A stretch of 64,000 nt of DNA, from assembly GCA_963921275.4 (NCBI GenBank), contig OZ001293.3:3328001-3392000 (forward strand), read 5' to 3'. A model generated the notes under the pieces. That model had not been told where the DNA came from. It made no database searches and saw only the letters and a program-made list of their open reading frames with translations. Made by a program: the position numbers and the translations under genes. This stretch comes from an uncultured Hormoscilla sp. GTDB taxonomy: Bacteria > Cyanobacteriota > Cyanobacteriia > Cyanobacteriales > Desertifilaceae. Positions within the stretch are counted from its first letter, which is position 1, and every line of letters starts with the position of its first letter. This document shows positions 58,269-64,000 of this stretch, piece after piece.

Positions 58269-59495
58269 TTACTGTAGGCTCATAACCTTCTCCAGGCGCT
58301 CGATTCGGTCTATCTTTTCATTCCCATTTTGGGGGTTTTGGAGGATTTCTCCATTTGAACCGTAGCCACTACTGTAAAAGTAGGCAACGGCTTGAGGATA
58401 ATCTTTCGCATTCCAGGCACCTCCATTTTCATTGTTGATGAACGCGATCAAGTGGTGCAAGGTTGCGGCCACAACAATAGGAGCAGTTTTGGGATTAAGG
58501 AGAAAGTTCATCGCGGCTTCATCTGGATTATCGTCGTATCCTGGAATATCGGAGGCATTTATGTGCCCTTTCTCTACCCTAGCTTTCACTCCATTAATGC
58601 TGACCTGACCAAAGCCCAGGGTTACATCCAGATCTGGTAATTTTTTTTTTCCCACAAATGCATTGGCCTCACCGCTACGGTTGATTAAAACTTGATCCAT
58701 TAAGGTAAATGGATCAGATCCATCCTGCCAATCGTCAAAGATCTCGCGGTGGTACAATTCATCGTAGATGATCGCCGCGACAAACCCAGCCGAGACATCG
58801 CTGAATTTGCTGGCAGCATTTTTGATATCATCCCGCAAGTAGTAAATTAGGATTTCGATTTCGTCCATAGCCTGTGTCATATTGAATTCAAAATCAAAGG
58901 AAAATTTGACGTTCACGTCTTTGCGGATGGGTCCTTCATAGAAGTTGGTAGAGTGAGTAATGCTGAAGCTTTCTAAGTACGAGTACTTGTTCTGATAAGG
59001 AATGTAATGGGTATAGGTGAACAAGGAGCGATCGTCGTAAGTAGGGTCATTTTCATCAATGGTCACTTGAAGCACTACCTTGAAACTGCTGGGATCGCTA
59101 GTTCGAGGATGTCATAAAGCTGGTATTGGTCTCGTTTCTAAAAAGAAGAGGTCTTCGTCTGTAGTGTCCGTATTTACTGTTTTTACTTCTGCTGAAACCA
59201 AAACAGGTGTATTCGGATAGGCCAGCGCTCCGAAACCGGTAATGTCAAGTTTCGGACTGTACATCAACTCCTTTAATCCCTCAATCTTGATTTTTAATTG
59301 TCGGCCCACACCAATACCATCAGAAGTCTCAATCTGTAAACTCTTCAGCTTGACCTTGGCGACATCCTTTTTGGCGTATACAACAGGAAGAAAAATTTCT
59401 TCCCCAAGAAACTTAAAGGCAGCATTTCTAATCGATATGGCTTTGGATGTGACGTTATTGAGAAAACTCGCAGTTGACATAATAGTGTTAAGCAA
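58269..59495 (-). pseudogene. Protein with C-terminal lysozyme/transglycosylase-like domain, split by one in-frame TGA (59112-59114)
   Basis: ORFs 59112-59495 and 58269-59075 share a frame; IKNAASKF..VAAIIYDE, TLGFGQVS, LLNP, AYFYSSG resemble lysozyme-superfamily motifs. Confidence 0.65.
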
Positions 59496-60124
59496 TTCAA
59501 AATTATTTCTTCAAAATTCAAAATGGGGAAAGCTATTGAGAACAATGGTCTCAGCTTTTCGACCTCTGCAATTTAATGCGCGACAGCTTAATACCCTCTT
59601 TGGGGACAAGGCTCGCTGGAGGTCTATCCTTACTTTCCTTCGCAGTCTCTGGCTGCCAACGGGTGCTCTTAGCGAAGTTGTGGCATCGGCTTTACCGGTA
59701 GAACAGTCTGCTTGTGACCGTCCGCTCCGCCTCAGATGTTGTTTCATTCATAATTTACCTCCAGTTTTCCTACTTACAGTTAATATACCCTTCCATAAAC
59801 TGCTTTACCAGTCTTACAGAATAGTCCTAGGGTGCCTTTGTCAGCATCTGTGACTTGAGCCTTCCTTACTTATATTAGCACAACTATCCTTTTTTCTGCC
59901 AATAAGAAGCTATTTTTCCTGTCTATTTACTCAAATCTTCCTTCTGGAGAACTTTCTATACTCATATTAGCGGAAAAAACCCCAGAATCTCTCCCGATCG
60001 CGTAAACTTTTGTAAAGAAATCTTTCTTAAGTTAAGCAAACAGCCGGTGTGCTGCCTTTTCGACCTAGCATCGCCCGCGACCGGAAACAACCGGTAGCGA
60101 CTATGGGATAATTAGAGGTGGGGG

Positions 60125-60231
60125 CAATACTTCTCGGTTAGGGAGTGGGGAGTAGGGAGAACGGAGTTCCGACAGAACTCCGTTCTTCCTACTCCCCAAT
60201 TCCCCACTTTTTGCAAAACTTTGAGGTATTG
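60125..60231. mobile_element. Short MITE of the CAATAC family nested in the platform repeat
   Basis: CAATACTTC...GAGGTATTG ends; GAGGTGGGGG / GAGGTTGGGG flanks; absent from the homologous copy near 22590. Confidence 0.85.
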
Positions 60232-60771
60232 GAGGTTGGGGGTATTCCAGGTCTTCTTCTCTCCCCAAAAAACCTGTTCCTACCGGTCGTGCTAACGTGC
60301 GACTCTCGTACTCTCGTTAGCAGTCTCTGGCTGCCAACGGGTGCTAGAGGCTTCGCCTCCCGCGTGGGTGGCATCGGCTTTACCGGTAGAGTTCCTTGCT
60401 TTGTGACAAGAAGCTTCGCCTCGGTTTTGCGTTTCCAGGGGTCGCCCGGAAACGAGTCAAATATGGGGGAAATTATATTTGCTCTGGCTAAAGCATATTT
60501 GCTCTGATACTAAGCATATTTGCTCTGGTGACAAGCAAATATGCTTTGCCGCAAAGCATATTTGCTTTGGTGCAAATCAATTATTCTACCCAGTCAAACA
60601 ACAGCAGCTTGTCCAGTAGGTCATCTGTCATCGGGAGCATATTACACCAGACCCACTTGTAATGCCTAAGATAATGTGACACTTGCGATTCTGCCCACAC
60701 TGGCTCCAGTGACATGGGGATATCAGTCCAGACTATGAGTAACGGACAAATATAAATTGAGGTGAACGAAA

Positions 60772-60932
60772 ATGGCAACCTTCCCTAAGTCGGAAATGGA
60801 AATAGCCACCTTGGCAGAAAACATGATCTCAGGCTTTACCGCCAATAGCGAAGTATATCCTGCCCCGGTCATTCCCGTCGAACAACTGCAAAACGTCCTG
60901 AACGAATTAAAGTCAGCCCAACATCAGGTGGC
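60772..60932 (+). pseudogene. 5' fragment of a paralog of the Fn3 protein gene at 21483-22118
   Basis: First 53 codons near-identical (MATFPKSE..KSAQHQV), then unrelated. Confidence 0.9.
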
Positions 60933-60971
60933 GAATCATTGCCTCACATCTAGCATTCACCACACCTTGCA

Positions 60972-61242
60972 TCATATTGGTTTTTTAAGGCTCCGCGCAC
61001 CAAAACGATGAACTGCCCGATCGCCAATGCGGACAATCCAAGGTTGAGCTTCTGGTAATCGCTTAAATAACCGATCGGTCGCAGTCAAGATTTCATCAGC
61101 AACCTCAAAAGCTCCTGTCTCAATGTCGATCGCCACTATTTTGCCGTGATGAACTGCTTCAACTTTGTACTTCAGTCTCATAGATACGATCGCCACGCAA
61201 GGCAAATTCTTCTTTGCTGTAACGAGGTTGCCTAACTACCAT
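60972..61242 (-). pseudogene. Frameshifted paralog of 13831-14106
   Basis: MVVRQPRYSKEEFA.RGDRIYET then shifted HGKIVAIDIETGAFE. Confidence 0.85.
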
Positions 61243-61572
61243 CGGTTTAATCTCTCTTGGAGTGATTCCTTCAAGTTTTCCTGAAGTTGGACTTTCTCTA
61301 ATTATATTAGCAGAAAACAACCCAGAATCTCTCCCGAGCGCGTAAACTTTTGTAAATTAATATTTCTCAAGCATAACATTTAGTCAATGTGCAGCCATGT
61401 AACCCCCGTAGTAGCGCGGAGCCGACCCCGTGGGTGGCATCTGCTTGACCGGTAGGGCCCCTCGCCTTGTGACCGGAGGCTCCCGCCTCAGATATGCGTT
61501 CCCTGGCGAAGCCAGGGAACGAGAAACCGACGCGAAAGTCAGCATCTATGGGGCGATCGATCGCCTTTAAGA

Positions 61573-62214
61573 TCATCTTCCCAGTTCCTGCATCGCCCGT
61601 AGCAGGCGGGTTCTAACTGCTAAATCTTGCTCTTCTGCCAACATTTGCTGAAAATGATCCTCCAGAAGCGAGTATAGATCTGACTGCTCGCGAGTCACAG
61701 CATTGGCCAGCGCTTGCAACCCCGCAACAGAAGCATAACGTACTACCCATTCAGGGTCTTGGGAAGTGAGCAGCAGAGTTTTTCCGACTCGTTCTTGAGT
61801 TTGTCTCACCTGTGCTGCGGGGATTTTAGACCAGAGTAAATTACCTAAACCTTTAGCCGCAGCACGACGGACGCTCATAGAAAAATCTGTTGACGCTGCT
61901 TCTAGCAATGTTTCTAGCGCTCTGGGGTCGCCAATTTCTGCTAATGCTCTAATTGCCCAAGCTCTCCCGCCATAATTATAGTCATCAAGCAGGTTTAGCA
62001 ATGGCATCACTGCTACTTCTCCTAATTGCACTAACCCCTCTACTGCTGCTACTGCTGCACCCGGGTTATTGTAGCTCAGGACGGCTATTAAGGTCGGTGC
62101 TCCTGACTCTAAACGTGCATCTGATAAAGCTTCTACTGCATCGATTAAACTATCGGAAGAATCTGCTTGCTCGACTGCTTGGATTAATTCGCTAGCTAGG
62201 GTAGTCTGATTCAT
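61573..62214 (-). CDS. cpcF: Phycocyanin alpha-subunit lyase CpcF
   Basis: LSYNNPGAAVAAV.GL, YNYGGRAWAIRALA, DPEWVVRY. Confidence 0.92.
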   Translation of the reverse strand: MNQTTLASELIQAVEQADSSDSLIDAVEALSDARLESGAPTLIAVLSYNNPGAAVAAVEGLVQLGEVAVMPLLNLLDDYNYGGRAWAIRALAEIGDPRALETLLEAASTDFSMSVRRAAAKGLGNLLWSKIPAAQVRQTQERVGKTLLLTSQDPEWVVRYASVAGLQALANAVTREQSDLYSLLEDHFQQMLAEEQDLAVRTRLLRAMQELGR

Positions 62215-62495
62215 ATTGAAAATTTAAAACTTAAAATTAAGAATAACTATTAGCTATTATACCAATCCTTCTCTTCGCTGTCATCCCGCCGGGGGTTCAA
62301 ACCCCCGGCTAATAGCTCAAGTCGGTTAAAACCGACTAATATCAATTCCTTAAAAATGCCATTCACGTGAGTAAGTAGTCTGCCGATTCAAGTCTCTCAT
62401 ATCTTTAATAAAATGATATTATCCTCTGCCCATATCCTCTGCCCAGAAACCATATTTATTTAATAAACCTGGTTTCTTATGTTTTACATATGTAT

Positions 62496-63324
62496 TTACT
62501 TTTCTCTGCCGCTAATTCTCGCGACCAAGTCTGAAGCTGCACTCATTAACGAGCTGTCTATTTCTATTTTATACTTATGCTGCTCTAATATTTTCTCTAC
62601 GACCGTTTCTAGCTTGGCATTCCCTTTTCTGGCTCCCAAACCGTTAATCGCACATTCTATTTGTCGGACTCCCAAATCTAATGCTGCGATCGAATTATCG
62701 ACTGCCTTCCCCGATCGTCATGACAATGTACTGATACAATGGCATCGTTGATATTGGGAACGCGATTAAAAATCATGGCTATCAGTTGGGAAAACTCCTC
62801 TGGTGCCAGCAACCCTAAGCTGTCGGGAATATTAATCGCACCGCTTTTTATAGCTATTTCAATTGCTCTACACAAAAACTCCCGATCGCATCTAGGGGCA
62901 TCAAAAGCACTCCACTCGACATTATCACAGTTATTCCGGGCTATAGAAACACTTTCTTTGATAGCAGTTAATACTCCTTCTTCACCAACTTGAGTTTGTT
63001 TAAGATTAACAGATATATAAGTATGAATTATTCCTTTTTCTGCCGGTTTAATGGCTTGCCCAACAGTCATTATTTCTTCTCGATCTGCGCTTGCCAACCC
63101 ACATATGATTGCTTGCTTAATTATTTGATAAATCTTGAATATTTCCTGAAAATCCTTTTGATATCTGCCCGGATCCCCAACTTCGATCGCATCCACTCCC
63201 ATTTTTTCTAGCAGTTGAGCGATATTAATTTGATCGGGAAGATTCATTTGCACCGCAGGGGCGGTAGTTCTCCATCCCGCATGGTGGTATCAAATATCAT
63301 CACTTTATTATTATCCGTCACCAT
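62496..63324 (-). pseudogene. LeuA-like (DRE-TIM) catalytic-domain-only gene with two frameshifts
   Basis: [48 protein letters not shown] in three frames. Confidence 0.85.
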
Positions 63325-63332
63325 AATTGCAA

Positions 63333-64000
63333 TTATAATAGGTTATCCATCAGGTTCATCAGATGGATGGCTGTCTCAGACAAGGGCTCAGATTCTTTGT
63401 TTTTGACATGATGCTCTAAAAGTCCTTTAAGAGAAATTAGCTTGAGACTGTTTTCTGCTAATGTTTCGGCGATCGCCTCTGCTGCGGGCAAATACCCGAT
63501 CGCCCCCAAGTCAGAAAGAGCCGCCCGTCGCAGTTGCAGCTTTTCGCCTGCCAAAGCTGACACCAGGCGATCGCCATATTGCGCCTCACCCGTCAGTTGA
63601 TACATTGCCCTGGCCGCGCCGTACTGTTCCAGTTCTAGAGCATGTGCTATAAACGGTTCGATCAGGGGTATTGCTTCAGTCGCACCCAACTCACCCAAAG
63701 CTTCGATCGCGGCATTGTAGGGTTGAGCTAAGTGAGGACATCCCGGTATCGGCATTGCCGAAGCTAACCCGCCTTCTAGCAGTTGCATCAGCTTCGGAAC
63801 ACAGCTGATATCTCCCAACATTCCCAAGGACTGGGCCGCTTTTTCCCGCAAGTAAAAATCCTCGCAGTCCAAACACTCAATCAGTGCAGGCACTGCGGTT
63901 CGATCTCCCAGTTTTCCCAGCGCTGTCGCTGCATTTCTGCGCAGGGGATATCCTCCTGACTCCGTGCGGTTCTCTTCATCTTCTAAAGCCGCAATTAGCG
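63333..64000 (-). CDS. cpcE: Phycocyanin alpha-subunit lyase CpcE, 3' part (starts beyond window)
   Basis: GGYPLRRNAA.ALG, DFYLREKAAQSL, LQLRRAALSDLGAIGY, LAENSLKLI. Confidence 0.92.
   Translation of the reverse strand, partial: LIAALEDEENRTESGGYPLRRNAATALGKLGDRTAVPALIECLDCEDFYLREKAAQSLGMLGDISCVPKLMQLLEGGLASAMPIPGCPHLAQPYNAAIEALGELGATEAIPLIEPFIAHALELEQYGAARAMYQLTGEAQYGDRLVSALAGEKLQLRRAALSDLGAIGYLPAAEAIAETLAENSLKLISLKGLLEHHVKNKESEPLSETAIHLMNLMDNLL

Overview
64-kb window from a filamentous, phycoerythrin-containing cyanobacterium (HIP1 octamer GCGATCGC is abundant). Core genes: 3' part of alaS, tRNA-Ser(GGA), ycf45-like AAA/R3H, ldpA, ndhN, mtnP, sat, rluD and a phycobilisome cluster (cpeB-cpeA-cpeY, nblA, cpcS, cpcG, cpcE/cpcF). 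These are interleaved with a heavily pseudogenised accessory genome: Uma2 nucleases, toxin-antitoxin pairs, toxin/immunity-like pairs, MITEs, REP-like repeats and an IS607 remnant. Highlights: (1) a 3.1-kb island bracketed by a duplicated mtnP 5' end, encoding a truncated UvrD-like helicase, a DarT-family ADP-ribosyltransferase, an ARH/DraG-family ADP-ribosylglycohydrolase (instead of macrodomain DarG or NADAR) and a VOC protein; (2) four ORF-less group II introns of one family with different EBS1 loops, two of which split a eukaryote-like LRR gene into three in-frame exons; (3) an orphan IscB-type omega/HEARO RNA in the cpcG leader; (4) a dispersed non-coding 'platform' repeat lying upstream of different cargo genes (LRR/GH19, lysozyme-like toxin, a degraded viperin); (5) an IS4-like MITE family with 10-bp target duplications. 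All family calls come from motif recognition by eye; no database searches were run.
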